From NCBI GenBank assembly GCA_003507445.1, contig DNVR01000019.1, positions 1,367-65,366 of the forward strand: DNA of 64,000 bases. The letters are read 5' to 3'. The number at the start of each line of letters is the position of its first letter. The first letter of the stretch is position 1. Under the pieces are notes generated by a model. The model had not been told where the DNA came from, did not search any database, and saw nothing but the letters and a program-made list of their open reading frames with translations. Both the position numbers and the translations under genes were made by a program. This document shows positions 1 through 8,614 of this stretch, in pieces. Origin of the DNA: Candidatus Moraniibacteriota bacterium. Its GTDB lineage: Bacteria > Patescibacteriota > Minisyncoccia > Moranbacterales > GWC2-37-73.

Positions 1-45
1 GATAACCTTGTCTACGACCGCGCTGGGAAAGTTGCTGGATACGCG

Positions 46-1623
46 ATGCCGTTTCTTAAGGGCTTTGATGTCCTTCTGAGTTACGGTGACCGAGCTTTTG
101 GGCAAGCGGTGCCCTATGATCAAAAAATGGGAATCTGCTTGGGGTTGCATGAGTCTTTACGACAAACGCACCCCCTCGGAGTTATTTTCGGAGACTTCAA
201 TGATCTCAACATTCTCGTAAGGGGATCCGAAGCATGGATCATTGATGTCGACAGTGCTCAGTTTGGATCGTATTTGTGCAGGGTGTTTACCGAGAAATTT
301 GTAGACCCACTGCTTTGCGATTCCACTGGCAAGCGTCCGATGCTCAATCGTCCATTCAACTCCGACTCAGACTGGTATGCCTTCGACGTCATGTTGATGG
401 CAACCTTGCTTTACGTTGGTCCCTACGGCGGAATTTTCAAGCCTGGGGACAAGAGCAAGCTTGTCCCTCATGACCAGCGACCACTCAAACGAATTACTGT
501 TTTTCATCCGGATGTAAAATATCCCAAACCTGCAGTGCATTGGAGGGTTCTGCCTGACGATCTATTGCAGCATTTTCACCAGCGATTTGAAAACGATGTT
601 AGAGGGCAAACCCCTCTTGCATTGCTGGAAAAAATGCGGTGGACAACGTGTTCCAACTGTGGAATTGAGCATGCCAGAGCAATGTGCCCGGAATGTTTCG
701 TTGCTCCACCAGCCGCCATCAAGGAGGTAACCGTCGTGCGTGGCATTGTCATTGCAAGCACAATATTCAAAACAAAAGGAGTCATCCTCCATGCTTCCTA
801 CCAGGAAGGTAACTTGCGGTGGCTCTACCATGAAAATGGAGAATATCGTCGCGAGGGTGGTGCAGTTGTTACGCAAGGAAAACTCGACCCGCAGGTGAGA
901 TATCGAATTAAGGACAAAAAAACCCTGATTGGCAAGGAAAACATCGTTGTTATCCTTAGCCCGGGAGAACAAATGGAACGTGTTGTTGTTGACATGTACG
1001 GCCAACTGCCTATCTTTGACAGCAACGACAAGTTTCACTACTGGTCACAAAACGGCCAGCTACGCCGCAACGATCCAATGGGTGAGGAATATATCGGAGA
1101 CGTGCTGCAAAACCAGACCTTGTTCTGGGTCGGGCCAACTTTTGGCTTTGGCTTTTACAGGGCGGGTGAAATTAGCATGGCATTCGTCTTCGACGCTCAA
1201 AGGAAACGCTCCCTTAATGACCAGGTAAATATTCAACCCATACGCGGACAACTAGTCGACGCCACATGCATTTTCAGTCCAAAGTATGCGTGGTTTTTTA
1301 CCACTAGTTCAGAGAGTGGCAAGCTGATGAATCGCTGCACATTGATTGAAGCAAGTGGCAAGGTTTTATCTACCGCTGAGACTGAAAAAGGCAGCGATCA
1401 CTGGTTAGGAAATATCAGAGGTTCTTGTGCTATTAACAAGTTCCTGCTGGTTCCAACTGATGAAGGTATCGTCAGAGTCGAAGAAGATAATTCGCAACTG
1501 ACTGAAGTAAAAAAATTCCCAGACACTGAGTCGTTTGTTGATTCAAGTTCATTCCTTTACCCTGGTGCTGATGGCTTGTACGTCATAAGGCGTCAGGAAA
1601 TAATCCGACTGAAATTAAGTTAG
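46..1623 (+). CDS. Protein-kinase-like-fold protein with a central CxxC...CxxC zinc ribbon. The reading frame is open to the window start, so the gene is probably 5'-truncated.
   Basis: The motifs FGDFNDLNILV / IIDVDSAQFG / DWYAFDVMLMATLL resemble kinase catalytic-loop, DFG and subdomain IX regions. The zinc ribbon reads CSNCGIEHARAMCPEC. There is no in-frame stop between nt 1 and 46. GC is about 55%. Confidence 0.4.
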   Translation: MPFLKGFDVLLSYGDRAFGQAVPYDQKMGICLGLHESLRQTHPLGVIFGDFNDLNILVRGSEAWIIDVDSAQFGSYLCRVFTEKFVDPLLCDSTGKRPMLNRPFNSDSDWYAFDVMLMATLLYVGPYGGIFKPGDKSKLVPHDQRPLKRITVFHPDVKYPKPAVHWRVLPDDLLQHFHQRFENDVRGQTPLALLEKMRWTTCSNCGIEHARAMCPECFVAPPAAIKEVTVVRGIVIASTIFKTKGVILHASYQEGNLRWLYHENGEYRREGGAVVTQGKLDPQVRYRIKDKKTLIGKENIVVILSPGEQMERVVVDMYGQLPIFDSNDKFHYWSQNGQLRRNDPMGEEYIGDVLQNQTLFWVGPTFGFGFYRAGEISMAFVFDAQRKRSLNDQVNIQPIRGQLVDATCIFSPKYAWFFTTSSESGKLMNRCTLIEASGKVLSTAETEKGSDHWLGNIRGSCAINKFLLVPTDEGIVRVEEDNSQLTEVKKFPDTESFVDSSSFLYPGADGLYVIRRQEIIRLKLS

Positions 1624-1731
1624 GAAAAGCAAACGACAAGGAGGTGGTATCTACAAATTAGTTTTGATGTTTTGTGGAGTATTTAATGTTTAGAAATTCA
1701 AACTCAAGCAGCACAAAAAAAGGAGAATACC

Positions 1732-2793
1732 ATGAGCCAGAGAAATCCCAGTAAGTATGAAACGATCATCCCTCCTCATTTCAATCCGGACAAAGTCGGC
1801 GAGGTTTGGAGGGTTGATTACAACGGCCTTGCCCCCGTCGCCCAGCAGTGGGCCGCGGCGCAGGACATCAAAGCCGCCGTCACCGATCGCATGCGGATCT
1901 GTCTGATGCCTATCGACGTCCAGAATACCTTCTGCATCCCCGGCTTCGAACTGTATGTCGGTGGGCAGAGCGGTACCGGAGCAATCGATGACAACAGGCG
2001 CCTGGCGGAATTCACTTACCGCTACCTCAAAATCCTGACGGCGATCACGCCCACACTCGACACCCACACCGCCATGCAGATCTTCCACCCCTTCTTCTGG
2101 ATCAATGAAAAGGGCGAACACCCGATTGGCGGAGCAACACTCATCTCCCTCGAGGACGTTCAAAAAGGCGTCTGGCGGGTAAATCCGGCAGTTGTCTTCA
2201 GCGTTACGGGCAACAAAGATATGTACCCGGCGCTCCAGGCACATGCACTTCACTACACGAAACGCCTGACCGAGGACGGCAAGTACGCTCTCATGATCTG
2301 GCCTTATCACGCGATGCTGGGAGGAATCGGGCATGCCCTGGTCTCCTCGTGCGAAGAAGCTTTCTTCTTCCACAACATTGCCCGCCGTAACCAGACTGGC
2401 TTCGAGATTAAAGGTGGCAACCCACTGACCGAAAACTACAGCGTGCTTCGTCCCGAAGTGCTCGACGGTCCGTCCGGCGCTCCCATCGCTTCGAAGAACT
2501 CCGTGTTCTTCAAGAAGCTCCTAGATTTCGACGCAATCATTATTGGCGGCCAGGCCAAGTCACATTGTGTGGCTTGGACAATCGACGACCTGTTGAATGA
2601 AATCAAGGCCAAGGATCCCAGACTGGCTCAGAAGGTGTATCTTCTCGAAGACTGCACCAGCCCGGTCGTGCTTCCTGGCATCATCGATTTCACCGACATG
2701 GCGAACACCGCCTTCAATCGTTTCCGGGATGAAGGGATGCACGTCGTCCGCTCCACCGATCCGATCGAGGAATGGCCGGGGATGAACCTCTAG
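1732..2793 (+). CDS. Isochorismatase-family cysteine hydrolase, atypically long at 353 aa.
   Basis: Has the Asp motif LMPIDVQNTFC and a catalytic-Cys context IIGGQAKSHCVAWTIDD typical of the isochorismatase/nicotinamidase fold. An RBS, AAGGAG, sits upstream of the ATG. Confidence 0.55.
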   Translation: MSQRNPSKYETIIPPHFNPDKVGEVWRVDYNGLAPVAQQWAAAQDIKAAVTDRMRICLMPIDVQNTFCIPGFELYVGGQSGTGAIDDNRRLAEFTYRYLKILTAITPTLDTHTAMQIFHPFFWINEKGEHPIGGATLISLEDVQKGVWRVNPAVVFSVTGNKDMYPALQAHALHYTKRLTEDGKYALMIWPYHAMLGGIGHALVSSCEEAFFFHNIARRNQTGFEIKGGNPLTENYSVLRPEVLDGPSGAPIASKNSVFFKKLLDFDAIIIGGQAKSHCVAWTIDDLLNEIKAKDPRLAQKVYLLEDCTSPVVLPGIIDFTDMANTAFNRFRDEGMHVVRSTDPIEEWPGMNL

Positions 2794-2835
2794 GTTAATC
2801 CAAACAAAAAACCACAACAGACAAGGAGAGAAGAC

Positions 2836-3711
2836 ATGAGCCAGACAGCACTTAACGCATTGTTCCAGAACGCAGCAGCAGACGGAGGACTTTCTCCGGC
2901 CGCCATGCAGGCACTCAATGTGAACGATATCGGAGCTCAAATCCAGGCAGGTCTCGGCGTTTCCGTCGACGACGTCCTGGCATCGGAAGTGGTCATCGTG
3001 ACCATGATGCCCGATGATTCCGGATCCATTCGTTTCGCCGGCAACACGCAGTTCGTGCGCGACGGCCACAACGCCGTCATTGATGCACTGAAAGATTCGA
3101 AACAGAAAAACGGCATCCTTATGCACACGCGTTATCTCAACGGTAACGTTCTGTTCCCCTACGTGAACATCGACCAGGCCGTGCGGATGGATTCCAGTAA
3201 CTACAACCCGAACCTCGGAACCCCGCTCTTCGACCAGACTCTCGTTTTGCTCGGCACCGTGCTGGCAAAAACGCAGGAGTTTGCGGACAACGGCATGCAT
3301 TGCCGGAGCGTTACCTGCCTGGTTACTGACGGCGACGACGAGCATTCGACTCGTGCCGATGCAAGGATGGTTCGCACCGTCGTCAGCGACATGCTGCAGA
3401 CGGAAAACCACATAATAGCCGGCCTCGGCATCGACGATGCCCCGGAAGAGTGCAGAAGCTGCGGTTGCAAAACGCTGCGCGAAACCGAGCTGACGGTCAA
3501 TACCTGTCCCAAGTGCGGAGCGGGTTTCCGTCGCACCAATTTCGAGAAAGTTTTTCTGGAGATGGGCCTGCTCAAAGAGTGGATCCTGACCCCGAAGAAC
3601 ACCCCGTCCGACATACGCAAAGCCTTCCAGATGTTCTCTCAGAGCGCAGTCCGCGCATCCCAGGGAGCGGCAAGCTTTTCGCAGACGGCCGTCGGCGGAT
3701 TCGGAAATTGA
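2836..3711 (+). CDS. VWA (von Willebrand factor A) domain protein with a MIDAS motif and a C-terminal zinc ribbon; possibly TerY-like.
   Basis: MIDAS motif DDSGS (VVIVTMMPDDSGSIRF). VWA core ...VTCLVTDGDDEHS. C-terminal CRSCGC...CPKCG. RBS AAGGAGAG upstream. Confidence 0.6.
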   Translation: MSQTALNALFQNAAADGGLSPAAMQALNVNDIGAQIQAGLGVSVDDVLASEVVIVTMMPDDSGSIRFAGNTQFVRDGHNAVIDALKDSKQKNGILMHTRYLNGNVLFPYVNIDQAVRMDSSNYNPNLGTPLFDQTLVLLGTVLAKTQEFADNGMHCRSVTCLVTDGDDEHSTRADARMVRTVVSDMLQTENHIIAGLGIDDAPEECRSCGCKTLRETELTVNTCPKCGAGFRRTNFEKVFLEMGLLKEWILTPKNTPSDIRKAFQMFSQSAVRASQGAASFSQTAVGGFGN

Positions 3712-3772
3712 TCCGAAAAAATGAAATGTATTTTATGAAGTGAAATGATATTGTGTCGCAACGCAAAATCCA

Positions 3773-3803
3773 AGGAGATAGGCAACCCTATCTCCTTTTT
3801 TTA
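3773..3803 (+). terminator. Rho-independent terminator after the VWA gene.
   Basis: Hairpin GGAGATAGG-caac-CCTATCTCC followed by a T7 run. Confidence 0.7.
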
Positions 3804-3925
3804 TTATTCATTTTTTCATGGAAATGATTGACAACGAATCCCGTGTATGATAGTTTTTAATATCAATTTTATTACATCGTATCAAAAATTGATGTTGTTA
3901 TTTCAACGACAAAAGGAGGGAGCCT

Positions 3926-4408
3926 ATGATATTCGACTTGTATGACGAGGGAGATGTGCGAATTGTTCGCGATGCATTCAAGGGAAAAATGGTTGGACTG
4001 ACATCAGGAAGCTTCGACATGTTTCATGTTGCACATGAGCAATATCTTCAATGCTGTCGCAGACATTGCGGGCATGAAGGCATTTTGATTGTAGGCGTGG
4101 ACTCGGATCACCTTATCCGGCAAAGAAAAGGCAAGAAGCGCCCCATAATTCCTGAGTCAGATCGTCTTCAGTCGGTTGCCGGTCGCAAGGGTGTGGCAGC
4201 AGCATTTATTCTCGGGACTGTCGATGACTTTGGTCGTGCGGCAGAAATCCTGGGAATAAAATTCATTTTCAAGAACCAGGAGTATGAAAAGATTGCCGTT
4301 CTTGGCGCTGAACTTCCCGGAGTTGAATTGGTCATTGTGCCAGACTTTCAACGAACGGAATCAACAACAGCACTGATTGAAAAGGTTTTAAAGACACACA
4401 CGAAGTAA
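3926..4408 (+). CDS. Cytidylyltransferase-like nucleotidyltransferase domain protein.
   Basis: GLTSGSFDMFHVAHEQYL matches the (H/T)xGH-type motif of the cytidylyltransferase family, as in glycerol-3-P cytidylyltransferase and RfaE domain II. RBS AAAAGGAGGGAG upstream. Confidence 0.55.
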   Translation: MIFDLYDEGDVRIVRDAFKGKMVGLTSGSFDMFHVAHEQYLQCCRRHCGHEGILIVGVDSDHLIRQRKGKKRPIIPESDRLQSVAGRKGVAAAFILGTVDDFGRAAEILGIKFIFKNQEYEKIAVLGAELPGVELVIVPDFQRTESTTALIEKVLKTHTK

Positions 4409-4437
4409 AAACATTTTTTGCTTACATGATGAAATCA

Positions 4438-4472
4438 AAGGCGCGCCCCGATTGGGAAACGCGCCTTTTTTA
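4438..4472 (+). terminator. Rho-independent terminator.
   Basis: Hairpin GGCGCGCC...GGCGCGCC followed by TTTTTT. Confidence 0.7.
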
Positions 4473-4545
4473 TTTGAAAAAAGCATTACTTAAAGCAATA
4501 TTACAAAAGATAACTATGGCGTAACACAGAGAGGGTACCATATAG

Positions 4546-4580
4546 TTGACAAAGTAATAATAAAGGAGTATTATGCCAAT
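4546..4580 (+). promoter_or_regulatory. Sigma-70-like promoter: TTGACA, 17 nt, TATTAT.
   Basis: Perfect -35 TTGACA with a 17-nt spacer and a TATTAT -10, upstream of ORF 4604. Confidence 0.5.
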
Positions 4581-4603
4581 ATAATCAAATAATACAAAAA
4601 AAT

Positions 4604-4981
4604 ATGTCAGAATTCAATTTTGAGCTATTTACCGGTCAAGGAAGCAAATTTAATGTTGCTGTAAGTATATCGAAACCGGGGATATTATCGTTTACTTCCG
4701 GAATGTACAAAAAATATGAACTTTATAACTACCGTGGGGCACAACTATTGTTTGATAAAGATAAAAAAGTAATAGCAATTAAGTTACACGAGGAACAATC
4801 TAAGGATATGTTCAGTTTGAGACACCGCAAAGATAATAAGGGTGGTTTTATAGCATCCAAATCATTCATATTTGCCTACGATATAGATAAAAATTTTGGA
4901 AAAAGATACCTACCAGAAGAAATTGAACATCCTGAATTGGGAAAGATGCTTATAGTTGATTTGAATAAGCTATTGAATTAA
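4604..4981 (+). CDS. Hypothetical protein, 125 aa.
   Basis: ORF with its own promoter; no recognisable motifs. Confidence 0.4.
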   Translation: MSEFNFELFTGQGSKFNVAVSISKPGILSFTSGMYKKYELYNYRGAQLLFDKDKKVIAIKLHEEQSKDMFSLRHRKDNKGGFIASKSFIFAYDIDKNFGKRYLPEEIEHPELGKMLIVDLNKLLN

Positions 4982-5282
4982 GAGTTCAAAAAAACAAAAA
5001 ACCTCCGGCGCCAACCGAAGATTTTGCTAAAAGCAAATCGTGCTTTTATTATATTCAAATTAGCATAGCGTTTTTAATCTGGCAAGCGGTTGTTGAAAAA
5101 ATAATATCAATAAAAAAATAATTTAAAAACTATGAATCAGAAATTGCCCATATAAAAAGATGCAAAATACGTGAATATTCTGCATCTTTCCTATAAGCAT
5201 ATAATGCTCTTGTTGCTATTAGTATTATATCAGGTTCTTGAATATTTACAACTTGTTATAATCATTAAATTTAATCAAAAAA

Positions 5283-6398
5283 ATGGATGTTGAAATTGAT
5301 TTTCTTCCGGTTGGTGAAAATTCACAGAGTGGTGATGCAATAATTTTGAGATACGGTAATCTCAATGGCTCAAGAAATGAATATAGTGTTGTTGTTATTG
5401 ATGCTGGTTTTAGGGAAACAGGTGAACAAGTAGTTCGCTACTTGGCAGATAATTATCAGACTGATCATGTTGACTTGATTGTATCAACTCATCCTGATAA
5501 TGATCATTCGGCTGGCATACTAGTTCTGTTGGAAAAAATAAGCGTAGGAAAAATTTGGATGCATAAACCGTGGAATCATACTGCAAATATATCTGAGTTA
5601 TTCAAACACCATGCGGTTTCTGATGCTGGTGTCGAAAGAACTATCAAGAAATCCTTGCAAACAGTCAAGACAATCGAACAACTTGCCGAAAAAATGGGCG
5701 TTGCAATTGTGGAACCATTTACAGGGCTTAGGGATGAGCAAGGAGGACTCTTGGTCTTGGGTCCAGATGAAGAATTCTATAAAAATGAGTTACTTCCAAA
5801 TTTTCGCTGTACGCCAGAACCAGTAGATAATTCTCTTGCAAAAATAATCAGCGACGAACTTAGAAAATTTACTGATTCTATAAAAGAATTTGTAGATGAA
5901 AAATGGGAAATTGAAACACTTGACCATGGCGGTACGACAAGTGCTGAAAATAATTCAAGTACGATATTGCATTTGAGTGTTGGCGAAGACCATTTTTTAT
6001 TTACGGGTGATGCTGGGCAGCCAGCGCTGGAGAGGGTTATCGTATTGCTTGATTCGTATAATTATGATTATTCGAAAATAAAGTTAAAGCAAGTCCCTCA
6101 TCACGGCAGTCACAGAAATGTCAATCCTCTCATCTTGGACAAATTAATTGGTCCTAAATTGCCCAAAGAGGAATCAGAAAAAGTTGTCAAATATGTAATT
6201 GTTTCAGTTTCAAAAGAGGAAAACGAAAAACATCCGTCAAAAATAGTTACGAATGCCTACAAGAGAAGAGGTGGACCTGTGTATACTACACGTGAGGGAT
6301 TTAAATATTATGGCAGTAATAATGCACCAAGAAGAAATGCATATGGTGCCGTTGCACCATTGCCATTCTTTGATAAGGTGGAAAAACATAACGATTAA
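5283..6398 (+). CDS. MBL-fold metallo-hydrolase, ComEC/Rec2-type beta-lactamase-like domain, standalone.
   Basis: HxHxDH motif STHPDNDHSAG; KQVPHHGSHRNVNP matches the ComEC-type MBL signature. Confidence 0.7.
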   Translation: MDVEIDFLPVGENSQSGDAIILRYGNLNGSRNEYSVVVIDAGFRETGEQVVRYLADNYQTDHVDLIVSTHPDNDHSAGILVLLEKISVGKIWMHKPWNHTANISELFKHHAVSDAGVERTIKKSLQTVKTIEQLAEKMGVAIVEPFTGLRDEQGGLLVLGPDEEFYKNELLPNFRCTPEPVDNSLAKIISDELRKFTDSIKEFVDEKWEIETLDHGGTTSAENNSSTILHLSVGEDHFLFTGDAGQPALERVIVLLDSYNYDYSKIKLKQVPHHGSHRNVNPLILDKLIGPKLPKEESEKVVKYVIVSVSKEENEKHPSKIVTNAYKRRGGPVYTTREGFKYYGSNNAPRRNAYGAVAPLPFFDKVEKHND

Positions 6399-6402
6399 AT
6401 TT

Positions 6403-7095
6403 ATGCTAAACAAATACAGTACTTACGCAAGATTTTTTCCTGCCGTGCTTTCCCTTATTCCAATATCATTGCTTTCACATTTTTATCTTTATGAAAAAAT
6501 TCCAAAGCTAATTGATTCAATCATTCTCACTAAAATAGCTGGTGATTTTTCTGTCCTTCTTATTTTTGTTTATTTTGTCATGCAGACATCGAGATATGTG
6601 AGCAAGAAATATTTTCAAGGTAATTATTTCAAGAACGAATCACATTTTCCGACCACGAATTATCTTTTGTGTTCTGACGCTACTTACTCAGAAGATTACA
6701 AACAGAAAATCAAAAATAAAGTTGCCACGGATTTCAGCATGACTTTCCTGGACGAGTTTTCTGAAAAAATGGATGAGGAGTCCGCACGAAAAAAAATTGT
6801 TGAAGCAGTTAATATGATAAGAAGTAAGGTGAAAAATGGGCGTTTGTTGTTGCAGCACAATATAGAATATGGATTCGTAAGAAATTTGCTTGGCGGACTT
6901 GCAATCTCGATACCCATTTCCGTGTTCAATGTGGTGTTGTTCATGTTCTTGGAAAATATTATCGCACTTGTTCTTTCATGCGTGTTGTTGTTGATTTTCT
7001 TAACTCTGTTCTGGTTCAGTGAGGATATCCTGATTTATTTTGCGCATAATTACGCAAAAGTGCTGTTTAACGAATTCCTTTCGGACGAAATGTAA
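6403..7095 (+). CDS. Integral membrane protein, translationally coupled to the MBL-fold gene.
   Basis: ATG lies 4 nt after the MBL stop. Several hydrophobic helices at the N- and C-termini. The upstream part of ORF 6253 overlaps the MBL gene out of frame. Confidence 0.45.
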   Translation: MLNKYSTYARFFPAVLSLIPISLLSHFYLYEKIPKLIDSIILTKIAGDFSVLLIFVYFVMQTSRYVSKKYFQGNYFKNESHFPTTNYLLCSDATYSEDYKQKIKNKVATDFSMTFLDEFSEKMDEESARKKIVEAVNMIRSKVKNGRLLLQHNIEYGFVRNLLGGLAISIPISVFNVVLFMFLENIIALVLSCVLLLIFLTLFWFSEDILIYFAHNYAKVLFNEFLSDEM

Positions 7096-7562
7096 GCACT
7101 GGAAATAGAGAGCGAAAATTTTTTCTTCGACTATTGCAAATCAAGCATGAGTAGCGATTTGTTTTCGGGTTCATCTAAAAAGAGTTGTAAAATAATAACA
7201 AAAGCATGCAAATATAGATCATGCCATCAAGGCGCGCACTCGATCAAGATTTGCTTTAACTGAGTCCCAATTGTTGGAAATTCCTTCAATAGAAAGGGCA
7301 AAATCGTTCACTGGTGCATCCTTGACTCCCGACCATGTGAAAAAATCCACCTTTTCGGTGGGTTTTTGCTTTTATGAAGTGAAAAATATTTAAGTGCTAT
7401 TTTTTGGAAAGTGTTTTTTACTAGTTTTCCTTTATTAAACCTTTAGTTTCTATAAGAAATTGGGTTAGAATTCAGGCGAGTGATATGTTGACCTAAATTT
7501 TAAATCATGTTATTTTTATATGTCCGCAGCGCGGCAAAATAAAGCTAAAAAGGAGGAGTACC

Positions 7563-8018
7563 TTGAAAAACGAAATCAACAATAAAGAGGCATCTGCAAA
7601 GCTTTTTAAGAATTTCACGAGGGCCAACAGGGAATTGGATGTTTATTTCCTGGCTATGGTTTTCTTTATGACCACGGATCAGGAAACCAAGAGTACATGG
7701 TTTTTCAAAACAGTGAAGAAAATCTACGAGCTTTCCATTAAGCATAATATGCCACGAGGGCATATTGAAGAGATTTATAGATGCTTGGCATTGAAAGCAA
7801 CTGGTCTGGATGAACTACTGTATACTCTCAGCAAGTTCGATAGTGATAATCCCAACACTCTCATAAAACCCAACCTTCAGAATAGAATCAGAAATATATG
7901 CGATGATCCTTGCGAGTTGCTGAAAATTTCACGCAAGTATATCACAGACGGCAACGTAGAATTTGTTGAATTCGTTACATCGTATGCTTCTGAGCTTATA
8001 GACGAGGAAATCCACTAA
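7563..8018 (+). CDS. Hypothetical protein, 151 aa, TTG start.
   Basis: Strong RBS AAAGGAGGAG 7 nt before the TTG; no recognisable motifs. Confidence 0.4.
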   Translation: MKNEINNKEASAKLFKNFTRANRELDVYFLAMVFFMTTDQETKSTWFFKTVKKIYELSIKHNMPRGHIEEIYRCLALKATGLDELLYTLSKFDSDNPNTLIKPNLQNRIRNICDDPCELLKISRKYITDGNVEFVEFVTSYASELIDEEIH

Positions 8019-8237
8019 GGAGAATCTCCAGAGTTAGAAAGGCAGCTTGAACAATTCGGCTGCCTTTTATTTTTTTATAAAAATCCTATTTAAGTTATTA
8101 TTTTCTCAAATCTGGAATATAAATATATTTATCTTTCTTTTGAAACACAGTTCTAACATCATCTACAGTCCGCTTTCATTTGTAAAAAAAATGATTATGT
8201 GCTTAAATTAAGCCATAAATATGAAATTATAAAAATT

Positions 8238-8459
8238 ATGGCTGAGGAAAAATACGTGCATAGTTATAAGGTTATGTATGAAAAAGACGCCAAGGACGGC
8301 ATTATTTATTTGGATAGTAAACTTGACAGAGAATATGCCAAAGTGTTTTTTGTATATGCAAAAGAAAACGGCACGGCACCTTTTGAAGATCAGGACGGGA
8401 AGAAATACGAGTTGTTATATGAAAAAGGGGTGTATATGTTGACCAGGAAGGGTTTTTAG
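8238..8459 (+). CDS. Small hypothetical protein.
   Basis: ORF only (MAEEKYVHSYK...). Confidence 0.25.
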   Translation: MAEEKYVHSYKVMYEKDAKDGIIYLDSKLDREYAKVFFVYAKENGTAPFEDQDGKKYELLYEKGVYMLTRKGF

Positions 8460-8467
8460 GAAAAATT

Positions 8468-8614
8468 CACCCCAGTTAAATAATTTTAAAAAATAGTAAT
8501 TTTTTAAAATTAAGATTTGGGATTTAGTTGAATACATCAAAATTGAGAAAAAAATATAACAAAATAAGGTGTTGCTATTTTAAGAATAGACCCAAATCTT
8601 ATTTAACGGGGTAA
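8468..8614. repeat. Palindromic element, long copy A, of the CACCCCAGTTAAATAA...TTATTTAACGGGGTAAA family; it abuts the nth start codon.
   Basis: Near-identical arms to the copy at 27530-27664. Outer inverted repeat CCCCAGTTAAATAA / TTATTTAACGGGG; inner inverted repeat AAGATTTGGG / CCCAAATCTT; internal palindrome AATTTTAAAAAATAGTAATTTTTTAAAATT. Confidence 0.75.

Noticed and set aside
562-1251. Minus-strand and alternative-frame ORFs (562-1038, 576-785, 825-1031, 1060-1251, 929-1228) inside the 46-1623 gene.
   Set aside because: Shadow ORFs typical of GC-rich DNA; they lie fully inside a longer ORF that has recognisable motifs.
1690-3411. Long antisense ORFs 1690-2373(-) and 2560-3411(-).
   Set aside because: They overlap the isochorismatase-like and VWA genes on the opposite strand. 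High GC suppresses stop codons, and they have no motifs or RBS.
7219-7371. GC-richer minus-strand reading frame (...VDFFTWSGVKDAPVNDFALSIEGISNNWDSVKANLDRVRALMA*) inside a 0.45-kb spacer.
   Set aside because: Only about 50 codons, with no ATG and no RBS. It could be a decayed gene remnant or a small GTG-start protein, but the evidence is insufficient to call a feature.
3733-7384. 14-bp direct repeat TTTTATGAAGTGAAA at 3733 and 7369 as possible island boundaries.
   Set aside because: In a roughly 65% AT sequence of 64 kb, several chance 14-mer matches are expected; there is no flanking similarity beyond 14 bp.
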